Source of the DNA: Cystobasidiomycetes sp. EMM_F5
Taxonomy: Eukaryota
DNA length: 64,000 nt
NCBI GenBank assembly: GCA_051047955.1
Contig: JBPGPT010000008.1
Coordinates: forward strand, 186,001 to 250,000
Direction of reading: 5' to 3'
Made by a program: the position numbers and the translations under genes. Below are positions 36,896 to 49,230 of the stretch, in pieces (the stretch's first letter is position 1; every line of letters begins with the position of its first letter). Below the pieces are notes generated by a model. That model searched no databases, was not told the origin of the DNA, and saw only the letters and a program-made list of their open reading frames with translations.

Positions 36896-38074
36896 TTACT
36901 GTTCTGTTTCAAAATACATCGCCCTCGGCTGCTCCTTGGCCGCAACACTTCTTTGAATCCAAGCGATTCGGACCATCTCTTGCAGCTGTTTTCTACTTTT
37001 CTGATACCGGAAAGGGTCCTCGTGCACGTATAGATGCGGGTAGATGGTCAGACTTGGTAGCCAGACTGGCCATCGATTCAAAAGCTCAACGACATCGTTT
37101 GCCGTCTGCGAGAGTGGATAATCGCCTCCAAACATGGTAGTGTGCTGCAAGAGGAGGACTCGCAACGAGGTGGGTAGATGCGCCAAGCAGTCTTTGTCGT
37201 AAGGAACTGGATTCACGAGCGTAAGATGCCAAAGGGCAGGACCTGTCGAGGCCAAGACCATCTTGCAAGCTGGTTGTGATACGCACCTCAGAGCTAATTT
37301 TGACATTGCCGGCAAGCGGATCGGAAGCCACCCTGATAGCCATTTCATTTCGGCTTCACCAGTTACAGCATGAAAGTTGCCGTCCAGGGTGGCTGATTGT
37401 AATGTTGCAGAGGACGTCTGCATGAGCTTGGCGAGGAATGGTGCAGGAGGGGTAAAGCACCATTTGTAACCCACAAACAGCTTTGTGAGCCGAATGATTG
37501 GTGCTTGCCAGATTGCGACCCAATCATCATCACACAGACTACACTCAATGAGACGGAGATGACGTAAAGACGGCGATGCGGTAATCAACGCCATAACGAG
37601 ATGCATGTCGATTTTGGTGAGATCCAAGGATGTAAGTTCTGATAGCAGAGGTGAGATCCACCGTGCCGAGACGTCAGTCGTGTATGTGATGCCCAAGTCT
37701 CTCAGCTCCAAGCCTCTTAATCGAGGGATTCGAGGGAGTATCCGTAGAGCATCGAGGTTGTCGAGGTCAATCTGTAGGAATTGGACCAGAGATCCGTTAC
37801 GTCGGCAAAGGTCAAGACTTGTAACGAGTTGATTGATTTCACATTGAGGAGATGAGATCAGCAGTGTAGAGACGGCATAAATGTACTTGTATAGGTGGAT
37901 GTCTGCAGGCGCCGTCCATGCCTGGCAGACCCTGGCACAAGTTGCGAGGTCCCGCTTTGAACTTGTGTAACGCAAGTCATCATTCCCAGGTTTTGGTGGA
38001 TCGTACTGGTCAGGCCACAACCACCTGAAGCATGCACAGAGTAGATCAAAGTTGAGCACTACGGCCGAGACCAT
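36896..38074 (-). CDS. F-box-like / LRR protein, paralogue 5
   Basis: VVLNFDLLCACF...KRDLATCARVCQAWTAPADIHLY, EMKWLSGWLP, WLPSLTIYPHL. Intronless. Confidence 0.8.
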   Translation of the reverse strand: MVSAVVLNFDLLCACFRWLWPDQYDPPKPGNDDLRYTSSKRDLATCARVCQAWTAPADIHLYKYIYAVSTLLISSPQCEINQLVTSLDLCRRNGSLVQFLQIDLDNLDALRILPRIPRLRGLELRDLGITYTTDVSARWISPLLSELTSLDLTKIDMHLVMALITASPSLRHLRLIECSLCDDDWVAIWQAPIIRLTKLFVGYKWCFTPPAPFLAKLMQTSSATLQSATLDGNFHAVTGEAEMKWLSGWLPIRLPAMSKLALRCVSQPACKMVLASTGPALWHLTLVNPVPYDKDCLAHLPTSLRVLLLQHTTMFGGDYPLSQTANDVVELLNRWPVWLPSLTIYPHLYVHEDPFRYQKSRKQLQEMVRIAWIQRSVAAKEQPRAMYFETEQ

Positions 38075-38352
38075 GTTGCAATTAATGTAGGATATTTGTA
38101 TGTGGGTAAATATACGCGTGGCTCGACTACTGGCGACCCGCATCTGGACGGTTGGCCGTCATGCACGGTCAAACCTTGGGAGCTGTGCAGACTCGCTCTT
38201 GTCGGACAGACGTGACTATGCAGTCAACTCTGCCAGCATATGCATATTTCCCACATTCCAATCAGTCTGTATTGCAATTTCGCGGCACTCTTTGCCAGTT
38301 GTTGTTTTTTGCATTCCGCTTGAGACACTTCCACCCAGTCACCACCCATGCT

Positions 38353-41300
38353 ATGAGCCTGCCCTACGATGAGCTGCACGGCGGTGACGATGCAGCAATG
38401 CCAGCCAGCAGCAGCAGCCAGCAAAAGATGGCGTCCGTGATGGCTGCGGCCGCTGCGACGGTCGCAAACAAGAATCACAATAACGATGATAATGTTGATG
38501 GATTGATGCACGACGACGCTGCATCACTCAACCCGCTGTCGCAGTATGCAGCCCAGCTCGCTGCAAAGTCGCTGCGAATCAAGAGCACAGCAAACGGCAA
38601 AGTAGAATGGGTCGCCTGCGAAAAGAGCAGCCTCGGCCAGTCGAGCTTTGTGGATGGCATCGCAGCTGGCAGGGATATCGATATCCTGCACCACCACACG
38701 CCAGCCAACGGGCTCATGCTCAATCTCGAGGGCGGGAGTGGCCGTCTGAATGGCAGACTGCACGACATCAATAGCGATTCCGACAGCGATTCCAGCGACG
38801 ACGACGACGACGAGGATTCAACTCGTAATACTCACACATCTCATCGTAGTGCGTGGAATGATGCCAGGCGGTCGAGTCCGCCTCGCGCAAATGGTCGACA
38901 TTACCCACAACAACAATCAGAAGCCAAGCGGAATGACTGTCCCAAGCCTGCATCGCCCATCCGCGACGAGTCTGTCGAACGAGGATATCCCCAGAATGGC
39001 AATGGTGATTCGCCCCGATCCCCAACACCCTCAGCATGGCGAGTTCGGACAGGGCGCAGTCCGTCGATGAGCCGGAAAGTTGCGCATACAGCTGGTGCGA
39101 CAGTCTCGAGTACAGACAAGCAGGGTGAAAGTCCCGTGCGTACGGGGCCGTGTGGTAACACTGGCACATTGGCGAATGGTCAAATGCCAAGCCATCCTCC
39201 ACCTGCTGATGATACCCCCTCACAAGCTGGCAATGGCCCGTCTGCAGTCTCGTCCAATAGCACCGCACCTCTTGCCGTACAAACGCATGCATCACCAATA
39301 AGATATGTTTTGGATGGCTCGGCAGTATCCCTATCGTCCGCTTCGGGCTCCCCCCCGTCGACTCGCGGTCGCCTAAACAGTCTAAAGCAGCAGACAGACC
39401 ATCCCGCAATACGGCAACCTAAGGCAGACTCTGCAGATTCTGCTCTGCCAGACGAGTACATCCAATATGCAATGTACAGCGCCAGCATGACCGCAGAGCC
39501 CGAATCGCTAGACTCGACAAAACCGCTGCCGACCTCATTGGCACCCTTTTATACAGCCCCACTAGCATCGCCAAACTTCTTTGTCGTCCCTCCATCTGCC
39601 TCTCAAGCTATACCGCATTCCCCAAAAACAACAAGCGTAGATGTTGCATCACAGCGCCCTCTCCCGTCTCCGCTCCTCATACCAACCCCAAACATATCCT
39701 CGCAATCCCAAAGTACGGTCCTCAAACGATCGTCTGCTGCACTGACAAGCTCTCCAGCTAGCTACTTTCCAACACAGGGAAACATCCAGATTCCGATCGC
39801 TTCCATCATTCCGCCAACTCCACCTACTACCACTACCACTACTAGTTCTACACCAAGCAGCCCAGTGGAAGCTCAAAACAAGAGTAATCTACTGTCCGCG
39901 CCTGACACGTCCGCTACCCGCAAATCGCCACAGTCACCCAAACACAGGAGAAGCCTGTCATATCAGTCATCTCCAAACAGAACAGGCGGCTCAGGACCTC
40001 AAACCGCTTTTCCTACGACCCAACCTCCCACGCAATCTGCGACGTATCCGCCTGTAGGTGGTAGTGGCGGAAGCGATGGTGCTCCGATTGCTTCGAGTAG
40101 CAAGCTTGCAACGGGTGACTTTCCGGTGCGGCGTTCTTCGCTTCTTGCGTACAATAACCCACTGTACGCAGATGCTCTTGATGGCCCTCAGCGTAAATGG
40201 TCAACCTCTCTCAGCCCGCGGCGTGCGCTCAGTTTCCTATCGACCGAGAAGTCTGGGCATGCAGGAGGTGGTGCTGGTCTGTCGCCAGGAGCAAGTTCTA
40301 CGTCTCCATCCCATCGGGAAGCAGAAATAGCGGCCCTCCCAGCCGAACAGAGGGAACAGGCGCTTTTGGCTGCTCAAGCTCAGCATGAAGCTCTCGCGGA
40401 TGATATCGCAAGACAGGCCGATCAGATCCGAAAGGAGAGGATGAGCAAAAGGCTCGAACAGGAGAAGGCGCATGCCGCAATGCAGGCTATGCAAAGAGAA
40501 GTAAGAGAGCACAGGGAGCGTGAGGCTCGAGATCGGATGGTCGCATCTACCAGTGCCGGACAAGGTCTAGTCAGCGAGGATGCAGCAAAGGGACCTATCA
40601 CGCCATCTACTTCTGCGAATGCAGTAACAGCGGCGTCACCTTCTGTTCCAGCGACAGTCGAGGCCGAACGACGGGTGTCCAGCCCGAGACCGCCAAGATT
40701 GGATCTAGCTATGCCCCCCTCATCCAAAGGCAAGGAACGTGAGCGAGGAGGCAGTATATCCTTCCTCACAGGGTCACCGAGAGACCAAGATGCAGTCATG
40801 CCTGCAAGTCCGGGTAGTATGCATAGCATATCTCTGCACGGCGGAAACCGCATGCGTGCTCCAACAAGTCCTGGAGGCATCAGCACATTCTCTCTTGATA
40901 GAAGTACTGCTGGAAATCGTGACAAGCCGGTGCCGCCGTTACCAGAACCGGATCGCGTACTGGTCGGCAATTTGATCGGTATAGATCACGTCAATTACGT
41001 CCTGATGTATAATATGCTCACGGGTATCCGCACTGGCGTCAGTTCTCAGCTTGTATACGCGTCGAAATTTGCATATACTGATTTCGAAACAAAACAGGTT
41101 TCTCGCTGTGAAGCCAAAATCAAAAGGCCTCTCACCGATGAGGATTATACTGCTCAGCATAAGTTCTCTTTCGACATGTAGGTTGACCTGCCCCCTAAAC
41201 CTTGACGCAGGCATAAGACTAATGTGGTCACGGATGCAGGATCGGTAACGAGCTTACACCGTCCGCACGATATGACTTTAAGTTCAAAGACTATGCTCCC

Positions 41301-42418
41301 TGGGTCTTTCGCGAATTGCGCGAGCACTTCCACCTAGATCCGGCGGACTATCTGCTATCACTTACGTCAAAGTACATCCTGTCAGAACTGGGATCACCTG
41401 GCAAAAGTGGCTCATTCTTCTATTTCTCTCGCGACTACCGCTTCATCATCAAAACAATCTCGCATACCGAGCACAAATTCTTTCGCAGAATACTCAGAGA
41501 TTATCATCGGCACGTCCTCGACAATCCGCATACGCTCATTTCGCGCTTCTACGGTCTGCATCGCGTAAAATTGCCAAGAGGGCGGAAAATTCACTTTGTC
41601 ATTATGAACAATTTGTTTCCGCCTCATAAAGATATTCATGAGAAGTACGATCTCAAGGGATCCAGTATAGGGAGGGAATATCCAGAAGAGAAGGCTTTGA
41701 ACGACCCTGGCGCTATACTCAAGGATTTGAACTGGGTACATCGCGAACGTGAGATCCGTCTCGGGCCATTCAAGAAGAATCTCTTCGAGGAGCAATTAAA
41801 GCGGGACGTTGCACTGCTGCAAAGGCTGAACATCATGGACTACTCGTTGCTCACTGGCATACACGACATGGGCCGCGGCAACAGCGAGAAGTTGCGAGAT
41901 GGCATGCTGACCGTCTTTCAGCCAGATACGGCTGGTCGGCTGCGTCGTCGGCCCACGCAGCGTGGTGACTTCGATCGCCCACCAACGTCAGGAGCTGGCG
42001 ATGATCTACGCCGTGCTGTACAGCGTACAGATCCGAAAGCTATTGCTGTGGACCAGCCAAATACACTGCCAGACAAGGACAGATCCGAGCGTCGATACTT
42101 CATGTTCTACCAAGACGAAGGTGGACTGCGTGCAACAGATGATGTGGATCATAATCTCAATACGATCTACTACTTGGGAATCATCGACATACTGACACCA
42201 TACAATTGGTATAAGCGCGTTGAACATTTCTGGCGGTCTTTGGAGTATGACAAGGTGAGCAATATATTCGATGTCCTACATGATTGGGAAGCTGATGCAG
42301 TCCATGCCAGCACCGGATATCGGCTGTTCCGCCTCAGGAATATGGAGACCGCTTCCTCGGTTTCCTTCTATCGTCAATGCGCCACGGCGACAAGAGCAAA
42401 AGGCCCAAGATGGAGTGA
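38353..42418 (+). CDS. MSS4: 1-phosphatidylinositol-4-phosphate 5-kinase (Mss4/Its3) with a long disordered N-terminus
   Basis: HVNYVLMYNMLTGIR, FKFKDYAPWVF, SPGKSGSFFYFSRDYRFIIKTI, YDLKGS, IMDYSLL, YYLGIIDILTPY, ISAVPPQEYGDRF. Confidence 0.96.
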
Positions 42419-42870
42419 CTGCCACTTTGGGTCTGCGCAACGAACCACAAACGCTTTCTGTCCTTGCTGATCCCTAGCGGACTATTGGTTGTAATCGTAA
42501 TATAGCTACAACCCGACCGAATCGCTGCAGGCCTTCAGTGCGCAATCTGCGCTGACCTTTACTTTTTCTGCGGATGTCTCAGCTTCCAGACAGATAAGTC
42601 AATTCCGGCACAGCCGCTGACGTATGTACGTCCCATCTATTCCATTACGTGCACTGCTGTCAAGGCTGTACAGCATGTTCTACTAAGGCACCGCCACCAG
42701 AGCTATGCTTTACGTCTTAGCTGTCCCTTGTGTCATCAGCGTGTGCTGAGACGTCCGCGAATCGCTCGCATCTCCAATTCCTTTCCTTGCTGTGTCTATC
42801 TGAATTTCCCTCTCATCGGGAACTATCCTCCAAGTCTTGACAACCATACCTACCGTTACACACAAACCTC

Positions 42871-43347
42871 ATGACGAGTTCAGGCCCGCAAGGGCGCCGC
42901 TCTTCATGGGCGCAGCCGTTGAACTCGTCCCCAACAGACTTGCGCTTGCAAAATCAGCTTCTCCACCCACTTCACAATGACGGCGTCACCACTCACCAGC
43001 TCTATGCCTTCGGCCCGTTGCTGGCTGTGTCTACAGCGTTTCTCGACGTTTTGCGTGAGAGACGACGCGGCAGCCACACCAATCAGCATCATGACAGGAG
43101 ACACGATCGCCATAGAGGACACCACAGGAACAGCGGTCGACACTACTACCTCGATCACCGCCGTTCTCGTTCTAGAGCGCATCCGTCGCAACGCAGTCAT
43201 CCGCAGCCGAACCATCGGGGAGGCACTAGTAGGAACGAGCCGCTCGAGGGTCTGCTCTATCATGGCTTGCGCAGAGCGGTAAAGTATCTGAACGTATTCA
43301 TACGGACACGTCAACCTGAAATCGTGATAGCCGATGATGATGAATGA
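42871..43347 (+). CDS. Hypothetical His/Arg-rich 158-aa protein
   Basis: ATG-initiated ORF after a pyrimidine-rich leader, with an upstream intron-like element at 42622-42700. No recognisable domain. Confidence 0.4.
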   Translation: MTSSGPQGRRSSWAQPLNSSPTDLRLQNQLLHPLHNDGVTTHQLYAFGPLLAVSTAFLDVLRERRRGSHTNQHHDRRHDRHRGHHRNSGRHYYLDHRRSRSRAHPSQRSHPQPNHRGGTSRNEPLEGLLYHGLRRAVKYLNVFIRTRQPEIVIADDDE

Positions 43348-43501
43348 GCTATGAATTCTGAAATTGAACCTCTGGGCACAAAACGCGGCGTGTATGGTCA
43401 CAACAGGCTATGCGTACAGCATGCTGTATCCTTTAAACACCCAAGCATGGTTTGCCAAAACCCGGAACACCGAATACTAACGCAGTTTAACGAAGGTCAT
43501 A

Positions 43502-46500
43502 TCATTTGTGGGAATGCGCTTCGCGAAAACCCATCCGTCGAGCATATTCGCGTTCTTCATACGCCGTCAAAGCATCGGTGCCTGACCAGTGCTGCGAGCT
43601 CGTTCTGAGACGGAGTCTTGCAAGCGTGTTCTTGTTTCCCTTGAAGATTTCTGCGAATTGTATCATCAGCAATCTTGTCTCGGAAAGCCGTGCGAATTGG
43701 ACGAACCCTCCATCTCCAAAGGCGGTATTGCGCCGAAAAGGTGGTCAGGGTTGAAGGTCGACTGTGTGGCTAACTGCTGACGCAAGATCGGTGATTGCGT
43801 CCAGCCTGGCCTAAGAGCTGCTTTTCGTGCCTGCTCTTCTTCATCGGAATCAGAATACTCGCTATCGATGTCTGGCAATTCGAAAGGTTCGGGCCCAACA
43901 GTGATTGCGGTTGCGACTGTCTTGCTCACGCTCGCTGCTGTCTTTACTACCGTGGTGCCTTGGGACTTGGCCAGGGCAGACACTGCAGCTTGGTGCTGTG
44001 ACAGAAGGGCTTGATGTCCCGCTAGCTTGGAGCCGCCCTGAAGCTGTACTTTGCCAGCGTTTGTTGCCATCTTTGGGCCGGAGGACGATGTATTATGCAC
44101 TACAACTGCGGCTTGCTTCGTCACACCTTGCATCAAGACTCCATTTGCCATGGACTTTGACAGGGTCGACGAAGACGCTAGCACAGTCCTACTGGTCGAT
44201 GCCGCCAGAGTCGAAGAGCCAGCAGATGTACCACCGGTATTCGTCGCAGGAGGGGCTGGCCGAGACACGGTGGTTTTCTTCACTGTCTGCTTTGGTATAA
44301 CTACCTCGACATTATCTACCTTGCGCTTCTTGACAATGTCCTCGTCCCGCGCTGTCTGAGCACTGACGACCTTTGGCTTGACAGTCGGAGCCTTCACTTT
44401 ACTTGTAGCATGTGGTTGGGCCTGGCTTTGGGAAGGGTCTTCTCGTTCCTTGCGCTTCTTATCCTTCTCGGCGTCCTCCTTAGAGGCAACCATGCCAACA
44501 CGTTTTTGCTCCCGTTCTTTAGTCTGAACAGCCTTTCGATCTCGCTCAGCTTGCTCTTTCTTGGCAGCGACTGCTGTCGATTGCATGCTCTTGAGCTCGA
44601 GCTTCGCAGGGCCCGGTCCTAAGGTAGCCGACTTCTTTAGGACAGTGGAAGCTGATGGTACAGCCATTTGAGATTTGGAAGGATTGAAGTTGGAAGAGCT
44701 AGCCGCAGACGTTGTTGATGCTCGCGAAGGTGCCCTCGAGCTCGCAAGGGAAGGGTTGCGAGACGGCGGACGTAGAGATTGCTGCAAGACAAGCACGATG
44801 ATCATCAATCAGGCAGATCAGGATTACCAACAGTACATCAACTTACTTTTTGGCCGCCTTGAACGGCAGGGCGGGTTGGCTTGAAGCTTGACTGAGATAC
44901 GGAGTGTTTAAGCGGAACTTCTACATCCATCGTGTGCTGTAACGAGCGTTCATGTTGGGGCTCGTCGCTATCGACATCGATATCAAAGTCATCTGGCATT
45001 TCCTTGACGGCTTCAACGTGACCCCCGTTCTTTGACGCCGGTTGGCCTGCTGTATTTGCATCTTCATCATCTATGTCGGAACCTCCGTCAGGCTGATAGT
45101 CCTCGCTCGTTGCTCGCGGGATTGGCTCAAAGTCAAGCTCGTCACCTAAGTTCATGGCCAATTCACCTGCGGCATCGACATCAGCTTCTCTGGAGCGAGG
45201 TGTTGCTTCAATAGTATTTTGTGTCTCGACTTCGGCTGGTCGGGTATGCGGTGGCGAGAATGGAGGTGTAGTAGATCTCGACAAATGTCTGGCCGCTTGC
45301 GACTGGCCGACTTTGGCATTGACGCCCGCAGCATCTTCAACAGGCACATACGATGAACCAAAAAAGCCGACTGGAACTGCCTTCTTGGCAAGATTGATGG
45401 ATGATGAAGAGGTCGTTCGCTGTAAAACGGGCGAGAGTGTCCGCTGCCGCTCTTTTTCGGCAGAAGCCGCGGCAGTCTTGGCCTCGAACGCATGGACCAG
45501 GTTTTGAACTGGAGAGCCCGAGACGCGCTTGTTTTGTAAGCGAGGCGGAGAAACGTTAGGTGTCGTTGATGTGCGCTGTTTCGGATGAACAGCCGGTACA
45601 GTAGCGGCTGTCTTTGATCGCGGAGATGAAGCGAGCTCTTCGACTTCGTCATCTTCGTTTGTCATGTTGACCAACGTGGCCTTCTTTGGTGAAGCCAGGG
45701 GCTGAGCAAGAGTAGCCAATCCGGTCATTGAAGGCAGAGCCGGGTAGAGCGAAGACTTGATCTGTCCGGACAAGTGCTCATCCTGCTTCGAAACAGCAGC
45801 AGTAGGATTACCCCGCTCAGTCTGGCGAGATGGTGACATCTTGTTGGCCGCGGATGCTGGCCCGTCTTTGGGAGGACCAGAAAGCAGACTGCCGGAAAAG
45901 AAGTTTGCAAAGCTGGACCCGAATGAAGGAGCTGGAACAAATGATGCAACAGCGCTGGCGAAGACTGAGAGCGGTGCTCCAGTACTGCTAGTTTGCGGTG
46001 CAGTTGAGCCATCCTTTTGGGTAGCAGCGGCAAGCACGTCACCATCTTCGATACTTGGGGTGAGGACCGGATACATGGGTGCCGATGACACTTGCGAGGG
46101 CATTGTGGCTGTGGATGTCAGAGGAACAGCTGCATACGAAGTGCGCTTGATATTTGCCACGCCAGTCATAGTCTGCTGTTGAGACGATGCGACTGATGTC
46201 CGTGAACTCTTGATGATCGAGATTCTGTTTCTTAACATATCCAACCTTGCCTTCGTCTCCTCGTCCTTGGAAACAAGCGCGCCTGAAGTGGCCGACATGG
46301 AAGTCCGAGACGAAGTAGCAGCATCGTAGCCCATGCGAGCATACTTGTTACTGACTACCGCAGACGATCCTTGCGAATCAGCAGTAGCAGCATTGACATC
46401 TGTCGAAAAAGTCGAGGAGAGCCTCTTTTTCCCATTTATAGGTACATAGTCTGATGTAGTGGTGCCGTGTCCAAGATTGCCAGCCAAACCAGCACCAAGC

Positions 46501-48113
46501 GATTTCCCAAGACCCAGTCCCAAGCCAAGTGATTTCTTGCCAGCAAAGCCTGTCGCGAATGGTGCAGTCTTTGTTTGTGTGTGGACCGAAGCGGGATTGT
46601 TGGTATTTGACAAAAAGGATGAAAATATGGGTGATGGTGGAATATTTGTCGTCGAGCTTGATGACGTGTAACTCTGATGCTGCGAAATAGACAGGGATGT
46701 ACCTCGTGACATGCCAGAGGAAGCGAGAGCGTGTGCAGATTTCGCCGAAGCGGCCTCGCGGGTGTCTTTATCGACCAACGGCACGGCATAGTCTGACGAA
46801 GCAGGTACCTTGTCTTTTACCTGTACGGTGTGCATATCCTCCTTCTGCACTTGCATCTCGCTCTTCTTTGCTTGCTCCTTTGCTTCTACTTGCGCTTTGA
46901 GCAGCATCCGCAATGGAGATTTGGCTGCTGTTACCGGCGGCGAGGATGGAGCAAGTCTAGTAACTTCTTGAGCTTGCTTGACTTGTGGGCTCACAATTGG
47001 AATATTGGGCTCGGTTGGCGAAACGACTGGACTAGTAGGAGCCGTGACTGCGTGCGCGACTGCCGAAGTATCCGTCGAAGTGAGCATACTCTCATCGGTC
47101 GTCTTGCGCTGCAATGGGGCTGGTGAGACTGATCGTTTTGACGCGCTAGGCATTGCGGAAGGGATATTGGATTTCGACACGCCGATACGCGGTGAGCGGG
47201 GTGGAGATACAGGAATAGACAGAGTTGTCGGAGCTCTACTCGGTGACTGCGTTCGAGGGGAGGCAGGAGGAGATAGAGCAGCAAGTCTGCTTGATGCTCG
47301 CAATGGAGGAGAAGCAGGTCTCGGTATACCGGTAGTGGTACCTCTCGGAGAATCACGACTTGCAAGATTTCTTGTAGGTGAAGTCGGTCTGTTCGCCATG
47401 GCAGCCTGTACCGGTGCACTGGAAGCTCCTGTATTGGCAGCCACTTTTGTGGGCGAACCCAATACCGAAGCGATACTTGCTAGATTCGACATGTTTCTAG
47501 GGGGCGCACGGACCGCTGCCGTGGCAACAGGCGTGGCAGAACTGCTTGCCGCGCGTGGACCTTGCTGTGCTGTAAGTGTATGGGCGGGTACAGATGGCGC
47601 TGCTACTACAGGTCGCTTTGGTGATTTAGCTGGTCTGAGCGGCGAGTTATTTTGCGTCACGGCACTACTAGAAGGGGTTGGAGAGGTCGCGCTTCTCGTC
47701 TGTGGTCTTGCCATCGACGGAGAAATCGGACGAACGGGGATGAGTGAGGGAGAAGCAGCTTGAGCGTTTGCTGGCGGAGCTGTTGTGGCAGCGGGCGTCC
47801 TCGCAACATAGCCCAATAGGATATCTTCCACTTCGTCGTCATCGTCATCTTCGTCAGCCTCTTGATCCTCGTCTTCTTCTCGGAGACTTGGGTCTCTCTT
47901 TGTGACGACGACATCTTGCTTACTGCCCGACAGCTTAAACACCTCATCGACCAACTCGACTGGCTGACTAGCTTCGAAAGGAGTATGTCGTGGCTGAGCT
48001 TGATCTGCCGCCTTCGCAAAGACACTTCTGGCCTGCTCTTGCTGTCTAGGCGCAGATGCAGGAGCAAACTTGATCGGAGAGAGTCGATTAGGCTCTTGAG
48101 TTACGCTTGACGG

Positions 48114-48162
<49 letters not shown>

Positions 48163-49083
48163 AGAGGAGAAGTGACGTGTCTAAATTTAGTCATTGCTGC
48201 TGCTAAAGGGGATCTTAGCCTAGAGATGGGTTTCGGAGTCGGAGATGCTGGTGGTTGTGCTTGCTGTTGTTTGGTCGGAGAAGGCGGGTTAGGGTATGCA
48301 GTGTAGTGCTTAGTTGGCGATAGGTTCTGATTGATAGACTGTTTAGGGGATGGTCTAGGAGATGCGTATAGTTGATGCCGACCGGATCCTGTAGAAGACG
48401 ATAGTATACCAGGAGACGGCTGTTTCCGGACTTGACCCGTATCTGCAGCTTTTCGACCGTTGGCAGTGGACATGGCTGGCGAGTCTACGATGACTATTGG
48501 ACGGCCATTCTCCTTGTCGTTGTCGTTGCCGTGTCGGGCTGGTCCAGACACACCTGCCAACCCAATCTTGCCGGGAGACCGCAAGAGTGACGAGTTTGAC
48601 GCTGTCCTACCAGTCTGAGCATACTGTGGTGGTCTTCTAGGCGATCCAAATACATCCCTCGCTTGGATATCGCTCGTCTTGTTGTTGTAGTTTTTATCAA
48701 GCGCAAACAGGGCAGGACCGAGTCCTGTTGCGATGGTCGATTTCTCATTCGCAGCTGCTTGATTTCGCTTCTTTGTGGGTGATTTGAGGTCATCTCCGCA
48801 CACGTACAGAGTCCCATCACTGCCGTCAAATGCATTAGCCTTTCGCCATTCTTTTCTCCTCAAACATGGCAACATGGTCGCAAACCCACCCGCTCCACTG
48901 CTCCCGCCCATGATGACCGTACCTCCGAGTGATATCCCTCCTCACGCTCTCGAGGTGCTCGTCGAGCCAGGCCGTGTGCTCGTCCAGCGACGCCGCTACC
49001 AGCCCCATCGACCTCGCCGTTGCTGCCTGCATCGATGCTACGACGTTGGGCCATGCTGCCGCTGCTGCTGCCATGTCTGCCAT
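43502..49083 (-). CDS. INCENP: Inner centromere protein INCENP (Pic1/Sli15-like)
   Basis: N-terminal helix (LDEHTAWLDEHL), long SP-rich region, C-terminal IN-box ELPDIDSEYSDSD...PGWTQSPILRQQLATQSTFNPDHLFGAIPPLEME|EIF...RTSSQHWSGTDALT...YARRMGF. Confidence 0.9.
48117..48158 (-). repeat. Pure (CAG)14 polyglutamine-coding microsatellite in INCENP
   Basis: Uninterrupted CTG run on the + strand. Confidence 0.9.
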
Positions 49084-49230
49084 GTTCTGCAGAGTGCTCG
49101 TATGTTGATGTCTTCGAAATACTCAAAACAAGTCGCGTCAAAAAGGGCGCGAGTGATCGAGATGTGGCAAATAGCAACCACGTCAAGCTACAGTATAGTC
49201 AAAGAGCAAGCACGCTCGTTGGCGACTCTT

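Noticed and set aside
38152..38352. Extended N-terminus of the MSS4 ORF from 38152
   Set aside because: It starts at TTG in the divergent promoter region. The ATG at 38353 is more plausible, although in-frame ATG 38161 cannot be fully excluded.
42487..42513. GGTTGTA/TACAACC hairpin downstream of MSS4 as an ncRNA or terminator
   Set aside because: A 7-bp stem only, with no tRNA or snoRNA boxes. Expected by chance.
46978..47763. 261-aa plus-strand ORF and many similar antisense or alternative-frame ORFs in the track
   Set aside because: They are shadows of Ser/Pro/Ala-rich coding sequence on the opposite strand and show no independent motifs.
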